From IMG/VR virus record IMGVR_UViG_3300021964_000016: a stretch of DNA of 64,000 bases, one strand, 5' to 3'. Below, piece by piece: positions 9,615 through 18,861 of this stretch. Origin of the DNA: a virus. Each line of letters begins with the position of its first letter. Within the stretch, counting starts at the first letter, position 1. The notes below the pieces were generated by a model that searched no databases, had not been told where the DNA came from, and saw nothing but the letters and a program-made list of their open reading frames with translations. The position numbers were made by a program, and so were the translations under genes.

Positions 9615-11984
9615 TTAATCAGATATCTCTACCAAATCGTCCTCAGAAAGTATTCTTCTATTAAAGTACGTTCCAACTTTCATTTGAAAAGAAGTTTTAA
9701 AACTTGTGTCTACAGTTGGCATAACCACAATTAACTGCTGAGACAATATTCCGTCTGGGCGAATAAAGTCGTAATCTAAACTTAATTGATCGTAGAAGAA
9801 AGTATCTCTAATATACAAAGAGAGGTCAAAGGTGGCACTGTAGTCAATCTTGCCCCTTGAGTTGAACAGCGTGTATACAACAGCGCGTCCTTCATACTTC
9901 AATTGATTGATTGTTGGTCTGCCTGTGATCAAAGAAATTTGCGTCGAACCGCCATCTTCTTTTCTATAGGGTTCTCTCCAATAACGAGCAGTTGGTTGTT
10001 CTTTTGATGCATCATATGCTTCCCTGATACCGCTGGCAGGGTGATAATATCCTTCTGTAACTTGTAGTCTATGTCGACCAAACTCATTAGAGGAGGCAAT
10101 ACCTTCCATCAACCAAGCATGCAAGTACCACTGCCTTGCTAAGTTTTGTCTTTGATCAAACAGCGGCACAAAATCTAGTGAAGTTTTAGATCCAGGTGCA
10201 CCGAGGAATTTAGAAACAGTACAAGACTTAGATAGTTTTGTGTTGCTTGTTATTGGTGTGCTGTTTTTATCTGGATTATAAACTGGATCTGCCAAAATAG
10301 TTCTGACAGAAGAAACTTTGTTCTTTGGCAAAAACGTTTTAGAAGACCTTTCTACAGGGTTCCCGAGTAGACTGTATCCAAACTTTGCTGTAGGTTGTGC
10401 CTGTCCTGTCCTCTTAATTTCGTATGGGGCAGGAGGAAGCGGCAACGTATAGTGAGGGTGTATTCTGTTTTCGTCAAGAAGAGATTGAATACACTTGGCG
10501 CCATCGGTCTGTTTCTCTGGCGAAGTTTGTGCATCGTTAGCACCGTCCATCGTACGCAATTTAGAGCGAATCTCTTGGGTGGTTGGTGTCCAGTTAAAGT
10601 AATACGTGTACGAATCAATCTTCGCAATCTTATCTTCGATCGTGTTATCTTCGTCAACAAGTACCTTACGAACAGCAAACGGAGACGTCTTCAAGTAAAC
10701 GTCGTTCCAATCTCCTGTTGTTGAATAGTTTGGCGAAACGTTAGCACCCACCCTGCCTTCTATTTGCGGTCCAGCAGTGTTTGTGTCGTCGACGTTCCAT
10801 CCCCAGTCAAATTGATAGGTTGGGTCAGATGTTAATGTAGGCGAACCATCGTGTGCTGTTGTGCTTGTCGGATCATATCCAACTGCATCAACAGTGCCAG
10901 GTACATTACCACCAGGGTCTGCCACTGGTGAACTTACTGCCTGAAATGCATGGAAACAATACTTAGAAGTATCTGCCTTAGTAGCATAACTCGATCGATG
11001 TGCCCAGTGAGACTCGTCTGCGTACAGAGCAAACTTCGCTGTCCACGCCTCCAGAGCGCGTCCTACAAGGTTTCCTTGGAATACCGTAGCACTACCATTA
11101 TCGTCGTCTGGACCTGTGTAGAGAGACCCTACGAAGTGCATATTAGACCCACCGATCTTTCCTGTTGGGGCAACAACCGTTACATCTTTCGAAGAGAGCA
11201 CTGCCTGATTTCCTGACGCAACATGCCAACCGTCCTCTGCTGTCGCCCTCACGTTTCTACCAGCATTGACGATATGATCTTTTTTCGCGATAACTCTAAT
11301 GTCTTTTTTACCAACAATCTTTACATCGCTAGAATAAAAATCAAACGTGTCTCCCCAAACTTTTGTGTCCTTGTTACCACGAACAATTGTGCTATGGGTA
11401 TCACCAGTTTCAGTAATTAACGAACCATGAGTTGACTGATTGTAATTTGCGCCGACGTTCACGTTCATAGTCCCGCCAACTTCAACATTATAGTTTCCAT
11501 TAACAACAAGGTTTAGGTCTCCGTCATAGGTTAAATTTCCTTGACCAGAAACTACTAATTCGTGATCAGCACCAGCAACCTGTACTTGGTGCGACCTAGA
11601 GACCACAACAACAGAACCGTCCTGTTTAAGTTCTACTCCAGCACCTGTGTGGTGCTTCAACAGTATTCTTTCGTTCCCTGGAGTATCGTCTATTTCAAAC
11701 GAATGTCCAGAGGGAGTGGTGTTTGCTTGATTAAATGGGTAGATTGAAGGCGAAGCATAAGGAACGTCAAAGTTTACGCCAAGAGTAGATCCACCTAAAC
11801 GAAGGTCGTTTATTTGAATACCACGTGCTGAAGCACTTACACTAGGAGAGAACCAGTTAGAACGGAGAGGGTATTCGCCTGTTGGATCTGACATACCGTC
11901 TCGAGAGATACCAACGCTGAACTCTCTTTCAACACCGTTTTCTTTTGCCAGACGGTCTTCAATTTTGTTATTTGTTGTTGTCAA
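9615..11984 (-). CDS. gp5 C-terminal part (beta-helix spike) with a degenerate peptidase M15A-like C-terminal domain
   Basis: YPFNQANTTPSGHSFEIDDTPGNERILLKHHTG and VxGx repeats; C-terminus LQVTEGYY...YDQLSLDY; TTG start overlaps the upstream TGA. Confidence 0.75.
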   Translation of the reverse strand: MTTTNNKIEDRLAKENGVEREFSVGISRDGMSDPTGEYPLRSNWFSPSVSASARGIQINDLRLGGSTLGVNFDVPYASPSIYPFNQANTTPSGHSFEIDDTPGNERILLKHHTGAGVELKQDGSVVVVSRSHQVQVAGADHELVVSGQGNLTYDGDLNLVVNGNYNVEVGGTMNVNVGANYNQSTHGSLITETGDTHSTIVRGNKDTKVWGDTFDFYSSDVKIVGKKDIRVIAKKDHIVNAGRNVRATAEDGWHVASGNQAVLSSKDVTVVAPTGKIGGSNMHFVGSLYTGPDDDNGSATVFQGNLVGRALEAWTAKFALYADESHWAHRSSYATKADTSKYCFHAFQAVSSPVADPGGNVPGTVDAVGYDPTSTTAHDGSPTLTSDPTYQFDWGWNVDDTNTAGPQIEGRVGANVSPNYSTTGDWNDVYLKTSPFAVRKVLVDEDNTIEDKIAKIDSYTYYFNWTPTTQEIRSKLRTMDGANDAQTSPEKQTDGAKCIQSLLDENRIHPHYTLPLPPAPYEIKRTGQAQPTAKFGYSLLGNPVERSSKTFLPKNKVSSVRTILADPVYNPDKNSTPITSNTKLSKSCTVSKFLGAPGSKTSLDFVPLFDQRQNLARQWYLHAWLMEGIASSNEFGRHRLQVTEGYYHPASGIREAYDASKEQPTARYWREPYRKEDGGSTQISLITGRPTINQLKYEGRAVVYTLFNSRGKIDYSATFDLSLYIRDTFFYDQLSLDYDFIRPDGILSQQLIVVMPTVDTSFKTSFQMKVGTYFNRRILSEDDLVEISD

Positions 11985-13477
11985 AACTTCTTCTCCATAA
12001 CGTCTGGATCTTTTTCAAGTGCATCTATCTCGGAATTAGTTTCTTCAAGTTTTGCTAAAATATCATCTGGTGTAAACCCTGCTTGATTAATTGGGTCAGT
12101 GTACAAACTTAATTTATTAAAGTTGTTGAAAACGTAAGTCCGAACATCAAACCCTGGATCTTCTTGTGTTGGGTCTATGTCCATATGCCCGAGTGCCTGT
12201 CCTCCTGGGAACTGACTAAAAAATACTCTCATAATTTGATAAAAAGTATTATACTGAGATCTACTAATCGATCTTGTAGAAGCAACTTCGTAAAGGTTTG
12301 ATGCTCCAGTAGAAACGTTCAACCCCCCAACGAAACAGATTCCTATTGAGTGTTCGTCATGTCCATTTAGGTCGCAATGCTTTCCTGCTTTATTCAAAGG
12401 GACGCCCCTCTCAACAGAACCGTCTCTACGAATAATAAGATGATAAGCATTATCACCTGCTCCCGTTAGTTCTGTGAGTTGAGAAGCACTAAGGTTGGCG
12501 TTTGTGAAAGTCTCTGACCAATGCACTATGACTTCGCTTATGCCTCTCGTGATGCTAGACATCTCTGCCTCAAGTTCTTCTATAGAAGAAATAAAAGAAC
12601 CTTCTGCGTCTATAGTATCTACGTCAATAATATATGGGTTTGGTCCTGGCAAATCGGTCGTGTTGTCAATAGTTCCCGCGATGGTGCCCCTAGTTGACGA
12701 CATCAAAGACTGCAAAGAACCAGTACTAGCATTAGTCCCGCTTGCTGCTTTCACATAAGAAGCAGCAAAGGTATCTCTCTGAGAAGGACTTAGGTCGTCA
12801 AGGTCTACATTACCCAAAGGATCTGCCACAGAGGTCACAAGGTCTTTGATTTCTGGATCTGTGAGAAGGGGGGCAAAAGAAGGAGGAAGATCAGTGAACA
12901 GATTTATTTCGCCAGAACCTTTTAAAAAAGTGGCAACAACTCTTGGTGATATATTAGATAATTCTAACGGAGAGAGCAAGGTGCCCAAAGAAGCATTAAT
13001 AGACGCTACAACATCTCCTGTAATTTGTTCTGCTATTTGAGCAAGAGATCCACTGATCCCCAAAGAACCCAAAACTGCGCCAACCCCTCCTGTGACTTCA
13101 AGTAATCTTCTTTCATAGTAATTAATAAAACTGTTTAATGCGTCTGCAATAACCGTATCAAGGTTTAATATTCCTCCTCCAATTTGCCCAAATACAGAAT
13201 TGGACTTCAATACATCGATCAAGGTGTTTTTGTTCATAGAAGGGGTGAAGGGAAGCATCAAGTCGGCAACTGTATCATAAATTTCTCCAGGAATATTCCC
13301 AGGAATATTTGTATCGATACCTCGCAAAGCATCAGAAATAATCTTTACAATTTGTGTTCTGACAATATCGGGCATCGACCCACCAGAAAATATACCAAGA
13401 CTGCTCGACAATCCTGAGGCATTTCTTATACCTTCAGCAATGTACTGGTTGTAAGTTGATTGATTAAGAATTGCCAT
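11981..13477 (-). CDS. Tail-associated protein with C-terminal N-acetylmuramoyl-L-alanine amidase (Amidase_2, T7 lysozyme/AmpD-like)
   Basis: VIVHWS, YHLIIRRDGSVERG, SIGICFVGG and LGHMDID...EDPGFDV. Confidence 0.85.
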   Translation of the reverse strand: MAILNQSTYNQYIAEGIRNASGLSSSLGIFSGGSMPDIVRTQIVKIISDALRGIDTNIPGNIPGEIYDTVADLMLPFTPSMNKNTLIDVLKSNSVFGQIGGGILNLDTVIADALNSFINYYERRLLEVTGGVGAVLGSLGISGSLAQIAEQITGDVVASINASLGTLLSPLELSNISPRVVATFLKGSGEINLFTDLPPSFAPLLTDPEIKDLVTSVADPLGNVDLDDLSPSQRDTFAASYVKAASGTNASTGSLQSLMSSTRGTIAGTIDNTTDLPGPNPYIIDVDTIDAEGSFISSIEELEAEMSSITRGISEVIVHWSETFTNANLSASQLTELTGAGDNAYHLIIRRDGSVERGVPLNKAGKHCDLNGHDEHSIGICFVGGLNVSTGASNLYEVASTRSISRSQYNTFYQIMRVFFSQFPGGQALGHMDIDPTQEDPGFDVRTYVFNNFNKLSLYTDPINQAGFTPDDILAKLEETNSEIDALEKDPDVMEKKF

Positions 13478-14390
13478 CAGATGGAGTCTCGTTCAGCGGA
13501 GAAATATAGTCAAGAATTGCTCTACGGTTTTCTTGAGAGATAGTTAGTCCGTTATTTGCTTGAGGCGGATATGTGTTATTCAAAGTAACAGGTCCAGGAA
13601 GAGTTCCGTCAAACATTCCGTTGTCTCCGTCAAGGGATTGTAATAAGGTGTTAATACTCTGTGGTTGGCCAGAATTAATGATAATAAATGGATAGTTGTT
13701 TCTTTCGTTGTCTAATCCGTAGATAGTTGCATCGTTAAACTCAGATGGAGTTGTTGAGGTAGCAGCTGCTTCAGCGTTTCTTTTAGTAGAAGTTTCTTTA
13801 TAAGAACTTGTCTTGGTTGGAGAAGAACCTGACCTTATTATCGTATCATACCACCAATGCCCAGATTCGTCGCCATCTCCAGTAGGAGTATCGCTAGAAA
13901 AGTTCCACTTATATCCTTGGATAACATCACTTCCGTCTTGAGTTTCGTTGAACGTTCCCTTTTGAGAAGTTGTAGCAACCAAAAAATGTTGTCCTGCGAT
14001 AGTGCTTGCATCTGCTTCTCTTGATGTTGGCGCAAATTCGTCTCCGACAATAGCATTTCCTGGATTATCTTCGGTGGAAGGAATTTCCATCTCACCATGA
14101 ATATAAAGAATACCAGTACCATAAGTTATATGGTCTATGTCTGGAACTTCTTCAGTAACTGCTTGCCAACCATCTTGTCTTTGGGCAACGTTTGGGTCGC
14201 TCGGGTCAGCAGTGTTTAGACTACCAAATCTCTCAAAATCTCGGTTAGAATATCTGCCAATATTTGACATATTGGCGATGAACCATTCTCGAATTCTAGC
14301 AGCATGACCTTCTCTGAGGTCGTCCAATCCGACGCGATCATAGAGGTTGCGAATGTAACTTGAAATTTCAGATAAGTTTAAGAGTGCCAT
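13464..14390 (-). CDS. Hypothetical protein within the split gp5 locus, probably virion
   Basis: 308 aa, translationally coupled on both sides. Confidence 0.6.
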   Translation of the reverse strand: MALLNLSEISSYIRNLYDRVGLDDLREGHAARIREWFIANMSNIGRYSNRDFERFGSLNTADPSDPNVAQRQDGWQAVTEEVPDIDHITYGTGILYIHGEMEIPSTEDNPGNAIVGDEFAPTSREADASTIAGQHFLVATTSQKGTFNETQDGSDVIQGYKWNFSSDTPTGDGDESGHWWYDTIIRSGSSPTKTSSYKETSTKRNAEAAATSTTPSEFNDATIYGLDNERNNYPFIIINSGQPQSINTLLQSLDGDNGMFDGTLPGPVTLNNTYPPQANNGLTISQENRRAILDYISPLNETPSDGNS

Positions 14391-15304
14391 TACCTTGCCC
14401 CAAGTCCTTTATATATTTCTTCTGCTTTAGTTTCTGCATCTGATTGGCTGCAAGTTGTAAGAGGGTGCACATAATACTTAACTAAAGCAGCAACTTGGCC
14501 ATTGCCCTTGGTTTCTATTCCGTCTATCTTTTCACCAGTTAGGTTTCCCTTTATCTCTCGTGCGCGCGATATTTTTGTAAGAGCAGTAGACCTTGTGCTT
14601 CTCATTTCGTGCATAACATAAATTAATTGACCTTCAAAATCGTTTATACTTCGAGAGGGAGCAAGTCTGTTTGTGTATGCAACAAACCTAGAATAACGAG
14701 GCGTATTTAGTGGCCAACCAGCAAGTCCAAAACCATTAGAATTTTGCGCGGGGTCCAGTCCGCTTATTTCTTGTAAGACCCCAGTGATAGAACTTGCCTG
14801 CTTTGCGTTTAATCCATTGTCAATAAAAAACCTAGCAACGTCAGAAGCAGGAAGCGGTCCAGTATCATCAGGTTGTCTTGGATTATAGAAAACTGGGTCT
14901 TGTAGTTGTGCATTAGATTGTGTGAAAATGTAAGTAAAAGGATTGGTAGACGGGTCTTGCCTGTTGGCTGCCTGAACTGCTGATGGGTACTCTACTCTGG
15001 GGAGAGAACCCATAACCAGAGGCAGTTGTGAATGTGCGCCATCTAAAAACATACCAAAAACTAAAGTTCCTGGAAGTATTTGACAATGAGTCCCTAACCC
15101 AGACCCGCCATAAGTATCGCTTGGGGTCATAACTTGCGCCCAAGGCAAATCGTTCTGAGGGATATCGTTTACGTCTCTTGAATGAATACCGTGCACGCGA
15201 ATTTTAATTCTTCCCTCATATCCATATGGAGGAGAATTGTCTATCACGGTGGCGACAAACCAACGAAAATCGTCGCCATAGTATTCTGTGTTTAAAGGTC
15301 TCAT
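14390..15304 (-). CDS. gp5: gp5 N-terminal OB-fold plus phage tail lysozyme-like (Phage_lysozyme2) domain
   Basis: FRWFVATV...GRIKIRVHGIH...LPWAQV...VFGMFLDG...PLVMGS, followed by NGLNAKQASSITGVLQEISGLDP...FGLAGW...QLIYVMHE. Confidence 0.85.
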   Translation of the reverse strand: MRPLNTEYYGDDFRWFVATVIDNSPPYGYEGRIKIRVHGIHSRDVNDIPQNDLPWAQVMTPSDTYGGSGLGTHCQILPGTLVFGMFLDGAHSQLPLVMGSLPRVEYPSAVQAANRQDPSTNPFTYIFTQSNAQLQDPVFYNPRQPDDTGPLPASDVARFFIDNGLNAKQASSITGVLQEISGLDPAQNSNGFGLAGWPLNTPRYSRFVAYTNRLAPSRSINDFEGQLIYVMHEMRSTRSTALTKISRAREIKGNLTGEKIDGIETKGNGQVAALVKYYVHPLTTCSQSDAETKAEEIYKGLGAR

Positions 15305-16683
15305 ACTAGTTTCGGTGGTCTGGTTGCAATCTTAGAAACGGAAGCAACGATTTCGTGAACCGTGCCTCTGAAAATATTTCTACACTTGTGTATTAAAAAT
15401 AACCCAGAAAGGTCTTCATTGTATACTGTTCCGTCGTCTGTATCTACGTCTGAGTTAAGGAAGTCAATATAAACCGTATCCCCGACACTGACGCCAGAAT
15501 TTCCATTACCTAGTTGCGCAAAAAACGATATGCCAGGAATTGTTATGTCAATCATATTCTTGTTAAACATACTTCTGACAGAGGGTGCTCTAAGTTTATT
15601 TAATGCTTCAGAAGCATCTTGAACATCGTGGTAACTATTAAAAGAACCATATGTTCCAAAAGAAGTTATAGTGTTAAAATATCTTGCGTCCAACTGATCT
15701 AGAGTTCTAGTATTGTTACCGTATGTCAATTCTTGTTTTTCGTCAAAAACGTTTTGTTCGGCACCAAAAGGAATAGAACGCATAGTTGATAACCTTTCTA
15801 ATTGGTCTGTTATCGCATAATGACGATCAAATTCTTGTCCCGTATAGGTATCTACAGTTTGCAATCTTGCACCAACAGCACCTTCGTGAACCATTTTCAA
15901 TGTGTCTTGTATGTTTTCCACTCTCAACTTTTTCACGGTAACTGCTTGCTCCGCTAAGGGAAGAGCAGCAACTTTTTGTGCTCGTGCAGCAGAATATATT
16001 AAAGGTTTTTCTGGATTAAAAGCAGGAGCATTCAACATGAACTCGAGACTACCAACCCTTAAAGTGTCTCTGCCTTCTACCTGATCATAGATTGTTTGCC
16101 AGATATAGAAAGGCGACCCAATCATAGTAGTTGCTCTTTGCATTAACCATTCAGCAGATTCTAAGGGACTAATATAAGGTGTAAGAACTTTTACAGGTTT
16201 CTGCATAGAAGTCCAGGCACCCATGTAAGAGATGTCAACATCAACGTCCAAGTGATTTTTTAAGATCCCCATAGCAATATTTTCAAGTTTTCCTGTGTAT
16301 GCTCTGGAAATTTTGATATTTGCATCTCTGTAAGCATGGGGAGAAATACAATTCAAATGGTAGATCTCAGACCTATCACCAACTTTGTTGGTTTGTATGA
16401 TAGAGACTATATTCATAATCATAGTGAATCTTAAATCACCAACTGATTGATCTGCTGCTTCAACAGTAAGACGTATTTGTTCTGACCCGCGAATCTTAAC
16501 TTCATCGAATAACCCTATGTCGTCCATACACACAATCTGTGCGGTAACATACGGTCTTTCTATATCTTCAAAAAAAGAAAGTTCTCCGATATAGTTTGTG
16601 ATGTTATATTCATCTTGCAACCTTTCGGCGAAGATAGTTGCCTCACTGATCTTAAATTCTTGAGAATTTACATTCTGCGTCAT
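15301..16683 (-). CDS. Probable baseplate hub protein (gp27-like)
   Basis: Located between gp53 and gp5; ELSFFEDI; C-terminal IPG...VGD...LSGLFLIHKCRNIF. Confidence 0.6.
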   Translation of the reverse strand: MTQNVNSQEFKISEATIFAERLQDEYNITNYIGELSFFEDIERPYVTAQIVCMDDIGLFDEVKIRGSEQIRLTVEAADQSVGDLRFTMIMNIVSIIQTNKVGDRSEIYHLNCISPHAYRDANIKISRAYTGKLENIAMGILKNHLDVDVDISYMGAWTSMQKPVKVLTPYISPLESAEWLMQRATTMIGSPFYIWQTIYDQVEGRDTLRVGSLEFMLNAPAFNPEKPLIYSAARAQKVAALPLAEQAVTVKKLRVENIQDTLKMVHEGAVGARLQTVDTYTGQEFDRHYAITDQLERLSTMRSIPFGAEQNVFDEKQELTYGNNTRTLDQLDARYFNTITSFGTYGSFNSYHDVQDASEALNKLRAPSVRSMFNKNMIDITIPGISFFAQLGNGNSGVSVGDTVYIDFLNSDVDTDDGTVYNEDLSGLFLIHKCRNIFRGTVHEIVASVSKIATRPPKLV

Positions 16684-16685
16684 TT

Positions 16686-17555
16686 TTATCTCAATTTCAA
16701 CAACTGGTTGAATTCTGTCACAACCTGTAACACGACTGGTTTCTTCAGAACTTTTATGGAACGAAGTTCTTCATTAAAATCTCTCATTCTTTGAAAATAG
16801 GAAATTGATTGATATGACGAAACACTGTTCCATTGAAAACGGTAATCGGGGGGTCCATTATAAGTTGGGTACACCCAGTTTCCATCTGCGTCTTCATAAT
16901 GGTGTATAGCATCCCATTGATTATACGCTCTATGAATTTCGGTTCTATCATACCTTTTTAGGTATTCGTCGTTGGTTAAAGTTGGTGAAAAATTAGTAAA
17001 CCCAGAAGTATTAACTGCTTTCGCGTCATTTTCAGAAATAGCATACATAAAGGATTCTTCAGCAGGAATGCTTTTTATATCAAGATACAATGTTGCTAAG
17101 TTTTGATCAATTCGAAGTATTTTTGCTGCTACTTTATTGACAGGAAAATAAACCCATTTGCCTGAAGAAAATCCAAGAGACCTTGACATAGGTTTATTCG
17201 TTACTGTTTCTTGATTAAACGAAGTACCAGTTGTTGTTATCGCGACATTAGGGTAATACTGCTTTGCTTTGTTATAAACCTGAGAATTGTCTATTGGCCA
17301 ACCACAACGACGGGTTTTTTCGTTTATGAGAAAGAACGTCCAATAAAAATCTGTGGTGCCATACAACTCAAAAGAAATTTGATCTGGTCTTTGGTGATCT
17401 TTTATTTGATAATTTTGATAGTACGCATCAAATTCGCCCAATTGCTCAAACGCATCAATGTATACGCTTAAATTTTGATAATTTACAGGAAGTTCTCCGT
17501 CACCAAAACTATATGGAACTTTAGGGAACTTTTGAAAAAATTTAGTAACTGCCAT
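16686..17555 (-). CDS. gp53: Baseplate wedge subunit gp53
   Basis: FFQKFPKVPY, YQIKDHQRPDQISFELYGTTDFYWTFFLIN, IHHYED and NEELRSIKVLK. Confidence 0.9.
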   Translation of the reverse strand: MAVTKFFQKFPKVPYSFGDGELPVNYQNLSVYIDAFEQLGEFDAYYQNYQIKDHQRPDQISFELYGTTDFYWTFFLINEKTRRCGWPIDNSQVYNKAKQYYPNVAITTTGTSFNQETVTNKPMSRSLGFSSGKWVYFPVNKVAAKILRIDQNLATLYLDIKSIPAEESFMYAISENDAKAVNTSGFTNFSPTLTNDEYLKRYDRTEIHRAYNQWDAIHHYEDADGNWVYPTYNGPPDYRFQWNSVSSYQSISYFQRMRDFNEELRSIKVLKKPVVLQVVTEFNQLLKLR

Positions 17556-18310
17556 TAGAAACCTGCCTCAATATCTGCCCTGCTGAGTGCTTTAGATTCA
17601 GTAAGGGTGAAGTTTATATCGATTTCTGAGAAATAAGAATTACCGTCTTTAGACTTAAAGAAGGTCTGTGTGCTGGCGTTATAGTTTGAAGAAAAAGAAT
17701 CGATGTATGCTGGGGCGATTTTTGGTCCAACCACCTTTCCATCATAAATCATTTCAACCTCAAATCTATCAGGGAAGTTATATCCTAAACTTAGAGTTGT
17801 ATCGCCAACCGTCGTTTCAATATCGGTTGGGTACATTTCTTTTCTGAAAAACTGTATTATTTCTTTTATATTCTCTGCTTCTTCTTCAGAAGTAGGAACA
17901 AACTTAAAGGCAAAAGCGAAACTTCTGAGAGAAACCTGCTTAAATAGAGCGCGAGTGTTTGGGTTTGGAGAAATCCTATTTCTTGCTGCTGCAATTTGTC
18001 CTGCTTTAGAACTAAATTTGCTTATGATATCTCCCAAAAGTTTTTTCTGCACATCTTCAGAAAGTAACGATTCACTAGCGGCACCTTGATCAGTTTGACC
18101 TCCGGCAATTGCTGCGCCAACTGCTCCAAGATCTGCGTTTTCATATTCAACCTTATCTCCTATTTGTAAACCCTGTGGAAGATAAAGTTGAACTTGTTCG
18201 ATCGCATTCTGGTTTTCATCTCGCCGAATAGGGTTTTCATCTTTGTCTACTAAAGTAAAACGAAGTTCTCCCAAATAGGAAGTCCTGTCTACTGGAAATA
18301 CGAGTGCCAT
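17555..18310 (-). CDS. gp48: Baseplate tail-tube cap gp48
   Basis: LYLPQ, NPNTRALFKQVSLRSFAFAFKFVP and FTLTESKALSRADI. Confidence 0.85.
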   Translation of the reverse strand: MALVFPVDRTSYLGELRFTLVDKDENPIRRDENQNAIEQVQLYLPQGLQIGDKVEYENADLGAVGAAIAGGQTDQGAASESLLSEDVQKKLLGDIISKFSSKAGQIAAARNRISPNPNTRALFKQVSLRSFAFAFKFVPTSEEEAENIKEIIQFFRKEMYPTDIETTVGDTTLSLGYNFPDRFEVEMIYDGKVVGPKIAPAYIDSFSSNYNASTQTFFKSKDGNSYFSEIDINFTLTESKALSRADIEAGF

Positions 18311-18319
18311 TTTCTGCCT

Positions 18320-18351
18320 TCTAAATAAGGATATCCGTTCAGTTATTTATA
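18320..18351. promoter_or_regulatory. Divergent late promoters (TATAAATA on minus at 18344-18351; TCTAAATA variant on plus at 18320-18327)
   Basis: 44-bp gap between divergent gp48 and gp4. Confidence 0.75.
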
Positions 18352-18354
18352 CCC

Positions 18355-18861
18355 ATGGCAAACAATTATAAAGGAAAATATAAAGTCAAGAACATTTCCA
18401 AATACAAAGGAAATACACAAGAGGTGGTCTATAGGAGTTCTTGGGAACTTGCTGTAATGAAGCATCTAGACAGTAACCCAGAAGTCTCTAAATGGAATAG
18501 CGAAGACTTTGTGGTGCGGTATTACTATGACGTGGATAAAAAATACCACAACTATCACGTGGATTTTTGGATAAAATACAAAAACGGGAAGGTGTTATTG
18601 GTTGAAGTAAAACCAAAGAAACAGACTTTGCCACCTGCAACAAAGAATCCAAGGTCTAAAAAATCGTTGAACGAAGCATTTGCTTGGATAAAGAACTGCA
18701 ACAAATGGGAAGCAGCAGGAAAAATTGCCAAAGACAATGGATACTCTTTTCAGGTTTGGACTGAAGAAGAACTCAAAAAGATGGGTATTCTAAAGAAGCA
18801 ACCAGGAAAACTAAAGAAGTTAAAACCGCTAGCACCTTATAAAAAGAAAAAGAAACCTTAG
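18355..18861 (+). CDS. gp4: Head completion protein gp4 (TnsA-like nuclease fold)
   Basis: YKGKYK..N..KYKG, VYRSSWE, WNSE, YHVDF, LVEVKPKKQT, KWEAA and WTE. Confidence 0.95.
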   Translation: MANNYKGKYKVKNISKYKGNTQEVVYRSSWELAVMKHLDSNPEVSKWNSEDFVVRYYYDVDKKYHNYHVDFWIKYKNGKVLLVEVKPKKQTLPPATKNPRSKKSLNEAFAWIKNCNKWEAAGKIAKDNGYSFQVWTEEELKKMGILKKQPGKLKKLKPLAPYKKKKKP

